From contig JAVHQC010000017.1 in the NCBI GenBank assembly GCA_036170915.1, forward strand, positions 1 through 64,000: 64,000 bases of DNA. The letters are read 5' to 3'. Source of the stretch: Cyanobacteria bacterium auto_48_18. GTDB taxonomy: Bacteria > Cyanobacteriota > Vampirovibrionia > Obscuribacterales > Obscuribacteraceae. The position numbers and the translations under genes are program-made. The notes under the pieces are model-generated. The model had not been told where the DNA came from, did not search any database, and worked only from the letters and a program-made list of their open reading frames with translations. Shown here in pieces: positions 27,230-36,988 of this stretch; the first letter of the stretch is position 1, and each line of letters opens with the position of its first letter.

Positions 27230-27971
27230 GCCTGAAGACGTAAAGGTTATCGCCCATCGGGGCGGGCGACTCTGGGCGCCTGAGAACACCATGGTCGCTT
27301 TTCAAAAAAGCCTCGAGCTTGGTGTAGATATCGAGCTTGATGTTCAGCGCTGTGCCAGTGGCGAACTTGTTGTCATTCACGATGAAGATCTCGCGCGCAC
27401 CACCAATGGTGTCGGTCAGGTCTCTGATATTAACTATGATGAAATCAATAGATTAAGTGCTGGTCTCTGGTTTGACAGCGATTTTAGCAATGAGAAAGTG
27501 CCGTTGCTGAGCGATTTGCTCAATCTGGTTGATGGTCAGGTCACCCTCAATATTGAAGTTAAAAATGCGCCGGTGGCTTACGACGATATTGAAGAAGAGC
27601 TGCTGACAATGCTTTCAGATTATGGTCATAACGACAAAATAATTGTCAGCTCTTTCGATCACTACGTCATTCAACGGCTGCGCTCTATGGATGCTTCCCT
27701 GCAATTGGCTCTGCTCCTCGATGGCGTGCTCATTGACATGGCTCAGTATGCGCAAAATCTTGGTGTCAATTACTTTCACCCATGCCTCGGTTCATGTCGG
27801 GCAGATATTGTCAAAGAGGCTCAAGCCGCTGGTCTAAGAGTTAATGTCTGGAATGCAAATGGACGACGTGCCTGGTCACAAGCTATAAGAATGGGTGTTG
27901 ACGGCATTGTTACTGATGACCCTGCTGGTCTCATGGTCTTGCTTGGCCGCGCGGTCTTAGTAGAAGACTAG
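27222..27971 (+). CDS. Glycerophosphodiester phosphodiesterase
   Basis: VIAHRGG..APENT (in frame, upstream of ATG 27291), IELDV, VIHD, NIEVK, SSFD, GVDGIVTDDP; start proposed at ATC 27222. Confidence 0.88.
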   Translation: MSKPEDVKVIAHRGGRLWAPENTMVAFQKSLELGVDIELDVQRCASGELVVIHDEDLARTTNGVGQVSDINYDEINRLSAGLWFDSDFSNEKVPLLSDLLNLVDGQVTLNIEVKNAPVAYDDIEEELLTMLSDYGHNDKIIVSSFDHYVIQRLRSMDASLQLALLLDGVLIDMAQYAQNLGVNYFHPCLGSCRADIVKEAQAAGLRVNVWNANGRRAWSQAIRMGVDGIVTDDPAGLMVLLGRAVLVED

Positions 27972-28023
27972 AGGAATAAAAGACTAGCGGAATAAGTCGA
28001 TTAATTGGCATGAGCAAAAGCTC

Positions 28024-28773
28024 TCAGCGCGGCCTCGCCAGCTTATCTAAACCCTTTTGCGCCAGTTGTTTCAGCCTTAGTGGTGCCAGTTTATCGTTCA
28101 GTACTTTTTGGTAATGCACCTCTGCTTCAGCGTTGCGGTGCAACATTACCGATGAAACGCCCATTAAGTATTGCAATTCAATGGCGGCTGGGTTGCGTGC
28201 ATACATGCTCTGTAAGTGATTTAAAGCCGCCTCATATCTGCCTTCGCGAATATCAACGAGAGTTGTTCTAATGGGGCTGTCGGGCACCACTTTGAAAAAA
28301 TTGGCTTCTCTAGAAGCGTTATTATTTTCGCTTTTATCGTTGCCGAACATGCTGCCAGGCCCATCATCTTCGCTGCGTCCGTCACCTTCATCTTTGGCGA
28401 GTTGTTGCGCTTTTTTCAAAGCCTCATCGGCGCCGGGGGTGTTGCCGATGGCGCCATTTGCTGGTGGTGCTGCCAGATTATTTATATTAGACAGATTGGG
28501 GTCGACTGGCGCCGCATCACTGATGGCGTCAGGCGTAGGTGTGGGAAGTGTGTTGAGGTTGGGAAAATCAGCCGCTCTTGAGGGGTTTGGATCATCAGTG
28601 CGACCCAGGCCCTCTAAGGGATTGCCACCACCAATGGCCTCAGGTCGCGGTGGCAAAATGCTCTGTGCCATGGCCGCTGGTGAAATTTGTGAATATTCCC
28701 CCAGGCAAACGCATACGCTCAAGCAGAGAAGAGCGGTTCGGGCGGTGGGTAAAGATGGCTTGCGTTTGATCAT
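28024..28773 (-). CDS. Exported hypothetical protein with C-terminal TPR-like helices
   Basis: Signal peptide, Pro-rich linker, helical repeat end. Confidence 0.65.
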   Translation of the reverse strand: MIKRKPSLPTARTALLCLSVCVCLGEYSQISPAAMAQSILPPRPEAIGGGNPLEGLGRTDDPNPSRAADFPNLNTLPTPTPDAISDAAPVDPNLSNINNLAAPPANGAIGNTPGADEALKKAQQLAKDEGDGRSEDDGPGSMFGNDKSENNNASREANFFKVVPDSPIRTTLVDIREGRYEAALNHLQSMYARNPAAIELQYLMGVSSVMLHRNAEAEVHYQKVLNDKLAPLRLKQLAQKGLDKLARPR

Positions 28774-29192
28774 CGCAAATTGCTGCGCACAATCTTTGAA
28801 ATCCAGGGTAGTTCTAAATATTTGCCACGTAGTGACTGCACGATACCAGCGATGATCAAGATAGAGAAAGAGTAGCCGAGCATACGAATGGCAAAGGCCA
28901 CAATGCCTAAAGCGCCCGTAGAGTTTTCTAACGCGGCAGGGCCAAAGAGTCCGATAATTCCACCCAACGTGCTTAAAAGCGTGCTACCGGTCCAGGTAAT
29001 AAAGGCACAAAGCATGCCGGTGAGCAGAGCTTGGAGAAAATGAAAACGGAAAAACATCGCTTTATTGTCTCTGCCGTTGGCGATGATATAGATAAAACCC
29101 GCCAGACCGGCGGTCAGATAACAGAGGGCCGACATCACCTTGACCATCAAATCTGAACTCTGTACTTTTTTCGGTGCGTATTTCGCAGGCAT
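28770..29192 (-). CDS. Tic20/DUF4870-like membrane protein
   Basis: ALCYL, FFRFHFLQA, GKYLELPWI; several TM segments. Confidence 0.7.
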   Translation of the reverse strand: MPAKYAPKKVQSSDLMVKVMSALCYLTAGLAGFIYIIANGRDNKAMFFRFHFLQALLTGMLCAFITWTGSTLLSTLGGIIGLFGPAALENSTGALGIVAFAIRMLGYSFSILIIAGIVQSLRGKYLELPWISKIVRSNLR

Positions 29193-29306
29193 TTTATTGA
29201 TTCGCTCCTTCGCTCACCTTTATTTTAGCGTTTTGCTGCCGCTTCGCCGCATTTACTAGCTAAAATCACCTATATTGATTGACCTGACAGATTCTGGGAA
29301 CATTTA

Positions 29307-30977
29307 ATGGCAGGTATGTCTTCATCTGAGCAAATACAACAACGAATAATTGACTTGCTTTCGGCCTTTGAGCTGGAAGATGTAATGGAGCGCGTCGGTA
29401 ATGCCGTGCTTGAAGTTTCAGGCGCTCAATCGGCTGCTATTTTGATGTGGGATGCCGATTTAGAGACATTTGCCGACCGTGTCTATGTTGGCGATAAGCA
29501 GAAAGATTTACGCGCCCTGGCCGAAGCTTTTGTAGAAAAATACGACGGCGATGATTTTGAAGCTGGTGATGTGGAGCTCAAAGTCGAAGATTTGCGCGAA
29601 GTCGAGGGTCTGACACTGCCTCCTTCGCTGTTGAAAAATCTTGGCGACGCCTATCTTTTGACGGCCGTTAACCAGGGTCAAAGACGTGCTTTTGTGCTTT
29701 TTGCCGGCAGCGAATTAAAAAGTGTGGACGCTCTGGAAGAGGATATTTCGCCTTATCCATTTTCTCTAGCTCTCGGTCGCGGCTGGGAGAGCAAAGAGTT
29801 GCAGCGTGAGAACGAACGCTTGCGCAGCCAGTACGAAGAAATTGAAGACAAAACCAGCAGCATGGAAGAGCAGACACGCAAGCTCATCCACGATATCACC
29901 GCTCGTGATGCCATTCGCATGAAGCACCTTGAGCGGGAGCGGCTTGTTTACTGGATTAGCAATGCTGTGCGTAGTTCTGTGCATATCAAAGAAGTGCTCG
30001 ATACAACAGTAGAGAAAATCGGCGCCACATTTGGCGTCAGCAGATGTCTTTTGCTGCGGCCGCATAACAGCCTCAATGAGCTTGATGTTTTTGAGTATAC
30101 TCAGGCTAATGTTGCCCCTGTGAAAGATGTTTTTCACACAGATCTCGGGCGCGATTTTACCCTCAAAGCTTTGAGCAAAGAAACTCCTGAGAATATTGAA
30201 GACCCTGATTTTGACGAGCGCACCACTTATGATCGTGGTTTTCTCAAAGAGCTAAATCTGCGCAGCGGCTTAATTGTGCCGCTGGTGATGCGCGATCAAG
30301 TGCTCGGCGTTTTGTTTTTACAAGACACCACTGTCAGTCGCGACTGGAGCATTGATGACATTTCACTGATTGGTTCACTGGCAGACAATCTCTCGGTAGC
30401 TATTGAAAATGCCGAGCTGCATCAAGAGAGAGAAATGCAAGCGGTGATGGACGGTCTCACTGGTGTCTTTAATCGTCGAGCATTTACCGAAGCCTTGCAT
30501 AAAGAATTTGAGCGAGCTAAACGCTACGATCACACACTCTCGTTGATTATTGTTGACCTTGATTTTCTCAAAAAAATTAATGACAATTTCGGCCACATGG
30601 CAGGCGACGAAGCGATTCGTTCAATTGGCCAAATTTTGCGTCAATCTTCGCGTTCCATCGACTTTTGCGCCAGATATGGCGGGGAAGAGTTTTGCTTACT
30701 TTTGCCTAACACTGAAATAGATATGGCTGAACAGCTTGCTGAGCGTCTCAGACGACTGATCAGTGAGATTACGGTGGAAGGCCACGGTAATATTTCGGCA
30801 AGCCTTGGAGTGGCCAGCTATCCGCTTCATTGTGATTCGGCTGACGACCTTTTCCATAAAGCTGATGAGGCGCTGTATTGCGCCAAAGAAGGCGGGCGTA
30901 ACTGCGTCAAAGTTTCTACGGCCAAGGGTTCAGGTCGCAAAGCGGGCGAGTCTGAAAGCACTGTCGACGTTCGCTAA
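29307..30977 (+). CDS. GAF-sensor diguanylate cyclase
   Basis: GAF domain, coiled coil, DGLTG..NRR, I-site RSID, RYGGEEF. Confidence 0.93.
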   Translation: MAGMSSSEQIQQRIIDLLSAFELEDVMERVGNAVLEVSGAQSAAILMWDADLETFADRVYVGDKQKDLRALAEAFVEKYDGDDFEAGDVELKVEDLREVEGLTLPPSLLKNLGDAYLLTAVNQGQRRAFVLFAGSELKSVDALEEDISPYPFSLALGRGWESKELQRENERLRSQYEEIEDKTSSMEEQTRKLIHDITARDAIRMKHLERERLVYWISNAVRSSVHIKEVLDTTVEKIGATFGVSRCLLLRPHNSLNELDVFEYTQANVAPVKDVFHTDLGRDFTLKALSKETPENIEDPDFDERTTYDRGFLKELNLRSGLIVPLVMRDQVLGVLFLQDTTVSRDWSIDDISLIGSLADNLSVAIENAELHQEREMQAVMDGLTGVFNRRAFTEALHKEFERAKRYDHTLSLIIVDLDFLKKINDNFGHMAGDEAIRSIGQILRQSSRSIDFCARYGGEEFCLLLPNTEIDMAEQLAERLRRLISEITVEGHGNISASLGVASYPLHCDSADDLFHKADEALYCAKEGGRNCVKVSTAKGSGRKAGESESTVDVR

Positions 30978-31079
30978 ATTTTTCACTTTTAGGGCCGGTT
31001 TTGGCAGGTTCGCTTTTTTCCTGGCAAGGTATAAGGTGAAGTATGAGACTTTATTCGCTTAGTTAAGGGAGACTCCATC

Positions 31080-31604
31080 GTGAGCATCATTGATAACGTC
31101 ATCAACACTGTTACTAAAGAGGTCAATAAAGTTCAATCCCGTGCCCAGGAGGGCATACAAGCCTTTAATTTAGCCAATCAAATTAAGGAGCTTGAACGCA
31201 AAAAGCATGCCAAGCTGGCCGAAATCGGCAAGTTGGTCTTTGACAAGCATCAAAATAATAAAGATATCTCCGACGATTTGTTGAAAGAGCGCTGCAGTGA
31301 AATTTCAGCTGTAGATCACGAGATTTCAGTGTTGCAGTCAGAGCTTGATCAAATCAAGGTCAATCATGATCCTGATGCAACTCCTGCTCAGAAAGCTGAA
31401 GCAAAAGCCGGATACAGCGCTTCGCCTGGTTTTACATGCGAAAGTTGCGGCGCTCCTGCTAATCGTGAGCGAGCTTTCTGCCCAGCCTGCGGTTCATCGC
31501 TCAAGAATTCCGGCGAAGAGAAATCTAAAAGCAACGGTGATTCTGGCACTGAAGAGGTTGACGTAGAGCCTGAAGACGACCCTCCGCACACATCAACTGT
31601 TTAG
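31080..31604 (+). CDS. Coiled-coil plus zinc-ribbon protein
   Basis: CESCG...FCPACG. Confidence 0.8.
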   Translation: MSIIDNVINTVTKEVNKVQSRAQEGIQAFNLANQIKELERKKHAKLAEIGKLVFDKHQNNKDISDDLLKERCSEISAVDHEISVLQSELDQIKVNHDPDATPAQKAEAKAGYSASPGFTCESCGAPANRERAFCPACGSSLKNSGEEKSKSNGDSGTEEVDVEPEDDPPHTSTV

Positions 31605-31625
31605 GCTTTCAGGCATATGCCAATT

Positions 31626-31657
31626 AAAAAACTAGACTGATATCAGTCTAGTTTTTT
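31626..31657. terminator. Perfect 32-bp palindrome, bidirectional terminator-like
   Basis: AAAAAACTAGACTGAT|ATCAGTCTAGTTTTTT. Confidence 0.75.
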
Positions 31658-31794
31658 TTAGCCCTGCGTATCCCCTGCCTAAGCTATGTTTCAGCGCTTT
31701 TATAATGACATGTCAGGGGTACCTTTTAAGGGGTGCTTTCAGGGGTTCTCTGCCGGTGCTTGAAGGGTATATATTGCTACAGCGCTAGCTAAAT

Positions 31795-32340
31795 TTGACC
31801 AACACTTTAAAGGGTGAAAAAGTGAGTAGCATTCTCAATCTGGCCCAATTTCAGCTTAGCGAAATGCCGCCAGGCTGGTTGGCTCAGCCCATTGACAGTA
31901 CTCTTGGTAGCGAACGAGTGGTGCAGGAGTTCTATCTGCAAGCCGAACCTGAAGTGAAATTTCTCTATTTTTATCGCGGTCAGCCGCTCTCTAAAATCGT
32001 AGCTGATGATTTTGTCGACCTTCTATCGCTGGCACCTCATGCACTTAGCGATGAAGAGTTCAGCAATATTGAAATGGTCGTGCGCGATGCCTCTGAGCCT
32101 GAGTTTTTTGAAATGCTCGATAAACACACTGAGAGTCTGGGTGGTCGCAACGCGCTGGTGATTGAAGGCATTTGGAAATTTTCAGACGTTCAAGACCTGG
32201 GAATATTTATTACAGGTAGCGATGCTCGAGTGATTGACGAGTTGCACTTTACCGCCCCAAAGCAGCTCTTCAAGCACTTCAAAGCCAATCTTCACGATAT
32301 TCTTGCACTGGTGGAATGGAGGCAAGAAAGACATTTCTGA
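31795..32340 (+). CDS. Hypothetical protein
   Basis: 181-aa ORF with ordinary globular composition. Confidence 0.65.
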   Translation: MTNTLKGEKVSSILNLAQFQLSEMPPGWLAQPIDSTLGSERVVQEFYLQAEPEVKFLYFYRGQPLSKIVADDFVDLLSLAPHALSDEEFSNIEMVVRDASEPEFFEMLDKHTESLGGRNALVIEGIWKFSDVQDLGIFITGSDARVIDELHFTAPKQLFKHFKANLHDILALVEWRQERHF

Positions 32341-32347
32341 GATTACC

Positions 32348-33511
32348 GTGTCTATTGAAAACGAATCAAACGAAACACTTTTAGCTATGAAGCAAAGCTT
32401 CGACAGCTTGCTTATGGGATGCAGTCTTGCCGGTGTGCAATCACCATCAGAGATCGAAGATCAGTTTTTGCAAGTGCAGGCCGAACTCGCCAGACGTGGT
32501 GTTAGCAGTCAGAGAGCAACATCCAGCTGGACCGACCTGCTCGGTCAGGAAATTGGCAATTATCGCCTTGACTACTTGATTGAAGAAGGCTTTTACTTTT
32601 ATTTGTTTCACGCAGTAGAAATTGGCACGAATCTAGAATTTACAGTGAAGCTGGCTAAAGCCCGCCATGAATTTGGACCCCAAGCCGGCGCGCTTATAAA
32701 TCCAACCAGGTTGCTTGGTATTACCCATGATGTCATTCGCGAGCTTGTACCAAAGGCTCAACTTTTACTTCGTTGCGAAGTCAATCGTCTGGCCTTACTT
32801 CATCCGCAGCTACCTGTGGTCAGCTGCGCTCAAGATCAGTTCTATAGCACCACATTTAGTGCCGGTCGCACATTGCGCGATATTATCAAACACGATGTCG
32901 ATTCCGGGCCGCAAGTATTGTCTGCGGCGGTTGATATTTGTACCGTGATGGCTGAATTGTCTGAGAATACAGCTTTTGTTCAGCACGGTAATCTCAAGCC
33001 TGAGAATATTCTGGTTACCAAAAATGGTTTGCTCTTCCGCGAACTAGGTTACTTTGGTGCCATGGAAGTTGATGAAGGAGAATTAGAAGAAGGCCGAATT
33101 GAAGCTGAGGCCATCCTCACCACTCCCCAGTATTATCCGTGGCTCGATTGCGACGACATTACTGCTTTAGGCATCATTCTCTGGGAAACTTTTGTCGGTT
33201 TTAACCCATTTGCCGAGGGCGCGGCCAATGTCGCTTCTCCCGAGCAGACCAATTGGGCCAGTGATTCTCTCAGGGCCATGATCGAGATGGAGCTCGCTAT
33301 GTCTAATCCGTATCTCACTCCATTATTGTCATTGCGCCGCCCTTCAGAGCTATTGCCCGATTTGTCGAGCGGTATGGAGGAATTGCTGTTGAAAACCCTG
33401 CGATTGCGCATCGGTACTGACGGCAAACTTCATGAAAGTGAGGGATACGAGTCATTCTTGGCATTGCGGGAAGACCTCAGCCGTTTCTTAGAACTGACTA
33501 AGACTGACTAA
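32348..33511 (+). CDS. Ser/Thr protein kinase-like protein (probably a pseudokinase)
   Basis: IGNYRL, TVKL, QHGNLKPENIL, TPQY, DITALGIILWE..G.NPF; start uncertain (GTG 32348 chosen). Confidence 0.75.
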   Translation: MSIENESNETLLAMKQSFDSLLMGCSLAGVQSPSEIEDQFLQVQAELARRGVSSQRATSSWTDLLGQEIGNYRLDYLIEEGFYFYLFHAVEIGTNLEFTVKLAKARHEFGPQAGALINPTRLLGITHDVIRELVPKAQLLLRCEVNRLALLHPQLPVVSCAQDQFYSTTFSAGRTLRDIIKHDVDSGPQVLSAAVDICTVMAELSENTAFVQHGNLKPENILVTKNGLLFRELGYFGAMEVDEGELEEGRIEAEAILTTPQYYPWLDCDDITALGIILWETFVGFNPFAEGAANVASPEQTNWASDSLRAMIEMELAMSNPYLTPLLSLRRPSELLPDLSSGMEELLLKTLRLRIGTDGKLHESEGYESFLALREDLSRFLELTKTD

Positions 33512-33600
33512 TTGCTTAAATGAGCAATAATTGATTCAGCTAATTGAACTTTTTACCCTGTTAGATCGTCTTCAATTAGACGAAGCAGATTCAGGAAGTC

Positions 33601-35448
33601 ATGAAGTCAGGTTTTCGTTCGGTTCTCTTAGCGCTCATATTGAGCTCAGGCCTTGCCGCCGCGGGTGAGAATGCTCTGGCGCAAAATTCGCAGAATAACG
33701 TTCTAACGCAAAAGCCTGATACTGGTCCTGATCCAATCGCTGACCGCAAAGCCTTAGACAAGGGTGGTGTGGCTAACACCGGCCTTGAGCGCATAGCGCC
33801 GCCGATTTCTGAAATCCATGACAACTCACTGCCTTCGCAGGCTCCACTGACTCCAGCAACTAATTTAGGCGACGCACCAGCGCTACCAGATAGTCGGGCC
33901 AATGAAGCGACCTCTCGCTCTATGTTGCGCCCACCTGGCAATGCCAGCTTGGGTGACTTGTATCCGGTCAAGCCCGGGCCAAATTTTTCAGCCGAAAATA
34001 CCGACATGAAATTGACCAGCACTGAGCTCGATAAAGCGCGCTCCATTTCGCTGGGTCAAATCAATATGTCTGAGCTTTTGCCTATTGGTAAGGGCAAATT
34101 GCCGCCTATTAAACTTGAAGCTGCCTATAACGAGCAGCTTACCCTCAAGCAGGCTCTGCTTTATGCTTTGAGCAATAATTTGCCCATTCGCATTTCTCAA
34201 GCGGCTTATCAATCGCAGCGCTATCAGTTTTTCGGCTCAATGGCACAGGCTCTACCTGATTTCACTTTGACATATCGCGGGCAGCGCACAGACACGCAGA
34301 ACGGCGTAGGCACTCCCTTTTTCACCAATGCAGCTACTGTTCGCTATCCTGTTTTTCAGGGTGGTGGCATACTTTTTAATTCGCTGGCTAACTTGAGTCG
34401 CGCTAAAGCCGGCAAGAATGCTTATAAAGCCAGTATTAATGACACCATGCTTAGTGTCTATCAGCGCTATAACGATCTTTTGCTCAATCATCTGCTCTTG
34501 CGCATTCGCATCAAGTCTGTAGAACTTTCCCGTGCTCAGGTGCAACTTAATCAAGAGCTGAAAGATGCAGGAGTGGGCACAAATTTTGCCATCTATCAGT
34601 CGCGCACTCAGCTGGCTTTAGACAAGCAAGCCTTGCTGCAGCAGCAAGTTAATTTGCGTCAAGCGGCTCTGCAGCTTGCTCTTCTGCTAAACACTAATAT
34701 CGCCATCAACTTCTTACCTGATCAAGATAGAGTAAGCGAAGCGCATTTGTTTGGAGACGCCATCGATATCAATAAACTGACAGTGGCTGCCACTCGCTTT
34801 CGGCCAGAGCTAAAGCAATTCGAATATCTTCGCCGTGCTGCCGACCGTAATATTCAAGTTGCCGCCGCTCCCCTCTATCCGACTTTTCAGTTTTTCACCA
34901 CTCAGACTGTAACCAAGTCTGGTAGGTCCGGCGGTGCCGGCAACAATTTAACAGGTTCCACCGTCATTATTCCTACTGGAGGTAATGGTGGCGGAATTGG
35001 AGTCAGCGGGGGCGGTGGGCGTTCGTTGAGTGCCGGTTTTGACCTCAGTTGGAATATAAATGGATTTGGTTTGCCAGATGTCGCCAATACTTTGTCTGCC
35101 CGCGCTCTGGCCCGCCAATCAATGCTGCAGCTCAATCAACAGGTAATTACAGTTTTGCAACAAGTACGCAGCTCTTATCTCAATATGCTCACTGCCGAAG
35201 CCCAGGTTGATGTGGCTGGCGAAGCGGTGGTGGCAGCCACAGAGCAATTGCGTCTGGCTAATTTGCGTTTGCGTTATGGTCAAGGCATCAACCTCGAATT
35301 GATTCAAGCCCAGCGCGAATATATCAACGCCCTTACCACACAAGCGCAGGCAATCATCAATTACAATGTTGCCCAGGCACAATTGTTGCGCGACACTGGT
35401 TTGATTTCCGTACCTACTCTTACCGCCGAAGTCAGGCCAAGTCTATGA
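33601..35448 (+). CDS. TolC-family outer membrane efflux protein
   Basis: Signal peptide; two OEP repeats (RPELKQ, G....ELIQAQ); operon with adaptor and ABC genes. Confidence 0.9.
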   Translation: MKSGFRSVLLALILSSGLAAAGENALAQNSQNNVLTQKPDTGPDPIADRKALDKGGVANTGLERIAPPISEIHDNSLPSQAPLTPATNLGDAPALPDSRANEATSRSMLRPPGNASLGDLYPVKPGPNFSAENTDMKLTSTELDKARSISLGQINMSELLPIGKGKLPPIKLEAAYNEQLTLKQALLYALSNNLPIRISQAAYQSQRYQFFGSMAQALPDFTLTYRGQRTDTQNGVGTPFFTNAATVRYPVFQGGGILFNSLANLSRAKAGKNAYKASINDTMLSVYQRYNDLLLNHLLLRIRIKSVELSRAQVQLNQELKDAGVGTNFAIYQSRTQLALDKQALLQQQVNLRQAALQLALLLNTNIAINFLPDQDRVSEAHLFGDAIDINKLTVAATRFRPELKQFEYLRRAADRNIQVAAAPLYPTFQFFTTQTVTKSGRSGGAGNNLTGSTVIIPTGGNGGGIGVSGGGGRSLSAGFDLSWNINGFGLPDVANTLSARALARQSMLQLNQQVITVLQQVRSSYLNMLTAEAQVDVAGEAVVAATEQLRLANLRLRYGQGINLELIQAQREYINALTTQAQAIINYNVAQAQLLRDTGLISVPTLTAEVRPSL

Positions 35449-36986
35449 AAAGTTTAAATGAGAAAGCGACCACACCTGCGGGTATCGTGCGAATGAAAAA
35501 AGCCGGCAACAAAGTCTGGATAGCCGTTAGTTTGCTTGTGCTCATCGCCCTGGCAGCGGCTGCCTATTTCTTTTTTGGCCAGAGCAAAGAAAGCAATGAT
35601 TGGAAGAAAAATACAGTACTAGTTAAGCGTGGCAAGGCTGATATGAAAGTTGTCGCCACCGGCATCATTCGCCCTGAACGTGAAGTAAAAATCAGCCCTA
35701 AACAAACCGGTCTTCTAAAACAATTACTGGTCAAGCAAGGCGACAGAGTTAAAGCCGGCCAGCTCATTGCTCGCATGGATGACAGCAATTTGCTTGGTCA
35801 AGTAGAGTCGGCCAAAGGAGCATATCTTGCTTCGATGGATAATTATCGCAAAATGAAATCAGGCAATCGACCTCAAGAAGTTGCTGCTTCCTTCTATCAA
35901 GAACAAAAAGCACGCCAGGGTGTAAGCAATGCCGAACGCAATATCAATCGGCTAAAAGCCCAGATGGAGGCCATTCGCGCTACCCTCGCCCGCGACGAAC
36001 AGTTTGCTGTTACCCAAGCTTTTCTTGCGAATAATGGTGCCATTTCAGATCAAGATCGCATTAACGCTGAAACTCAAGCTCGAGTTTCGCGCTCTAATTT
36101 AATGGCGGCAGAAAGCGAACTTTCGCAAGCCCATTCAGCCAAGGCTCAAAGCGAAACTGATTTGCAAACCATCAAACAGCAAAACAATATGATGAAAGTC
36201 GGCTTCAGGCAAGAAGATATTTCTGCAGCTCTGCACAGTGCCAGCCAGACTAAAGGCAGCTTGCAGCAAATCGAGAGTGTATTGCACGATACTCGCATTC
36301 TGGCTCCATTTGACGGCATCATTACGCAAAAATATGCCGATGCCGGGGCCATTGTTACTCCTACAACTTCATCATCCACCACTTCTGCCACATCAAGTTC
36401 AATCGTTGCTTTGGCCGGACGTTTAGAAATGGTGGCACAGGTTTCAGAAGCCAATATCACTAAAGTAAAAGTGGGGCAAGAAGTCGAAATTACAGCCACT
36501 GCCATTCCAGACAAAGTGTTCAAGGGTAAAGTTACCCAGATTGCTCCTGCTGCCATCGTCACTACCAATGTCACCACTTTTGAAGTACACGTTCAGTTGC
36601 TTGAGGGTGCCGAAGATGCCCTGCTGGCCGGCATGAACGTCAGCGCTACTTTTATAGTTGGCCATGACGATAACGCACTGACTATTCCGGCAATTTGCGT
36701 AGTTTCAAAAAGAGGGCAGGCTGGCGTTTATGTGCCTGACGCTAAAGGCGAACCTCAGTTCAAAGAAATTAAAACTGGCGCATCACTGGGCCGAGCGATT
36801 GTGGTGCTTTCTGGTTTGAAAGAAGGCGACGTGGTGCTCAAGGGCCTCAATAAAACACAGTTGAATGCTGAAGGCTATGGCTCTGGTGGAGGCCCTGGTG
36901 GCATGCCAGGGGGGCCTGGAGGCGGTGGCCGTGGTGGTCGTGGTGGCGCTGGTGGTGGCGCAGTGCCCCGTGGTTTCGGTCGTTAG
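35445..36986 (+). CDS. Periplasmic adaptor subunit (MacA/HlyD family)
   Basis: N-terminal TM, VKQGDRVKAGQLIA, ILAPFDGII, GMNV. Confidence 0.92.
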   Translation: MKSLNEKATTPAGIVRMKKAGNKVWIAVSLLVLIALAAAAYFFFGQSKESNDWKKNTVLVKRGKADMKVVATGIIRPEREVKISPKQTGLLKQLLVKQGDRVKAGQLIARMDDSNLLGQVESAKGAYLASMDNYRKMKSGNRPQEVAASFYQEQKARQGVSNAERNINRLKAQMEAIRATLARDEQFAVTQAFLANNGAISDQDRINAETQARVSRSNLMAAESELSQAHSAKAQSETDLQTIKQQNNMMKVGFRQEDISAALHSASQTKGSLQQIESVLHDTRILAPFDGIITQKYADAGAIVTPTTSSSTTSATSSSIVALAGRLEMVAQVSEANITKVKVGQEVEITATAIPDKVFKGKVTQIAPAAIVTTNVTTFEVHVQLLEGAEDALLAGMNVSATFIVGHDDNALTIPAICVVSKRGQAGVYVPDAKGEPQFKEIKTGASLGRAIVVLSGLKEGDVVLKGLNKTQLNAEGYGSGGGPGGMPGGPGGGGRGGRGGAGGGAVPRGFGR

Positions 36987-36988
36987 GC

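Noticed and set aside
28271..28855. Long antisense ORFs (also 40245-40862, 2025-2498 and similar)
   Set aside because: Shadows of well-supported genes on the opposite strand, with no motifs of their own.
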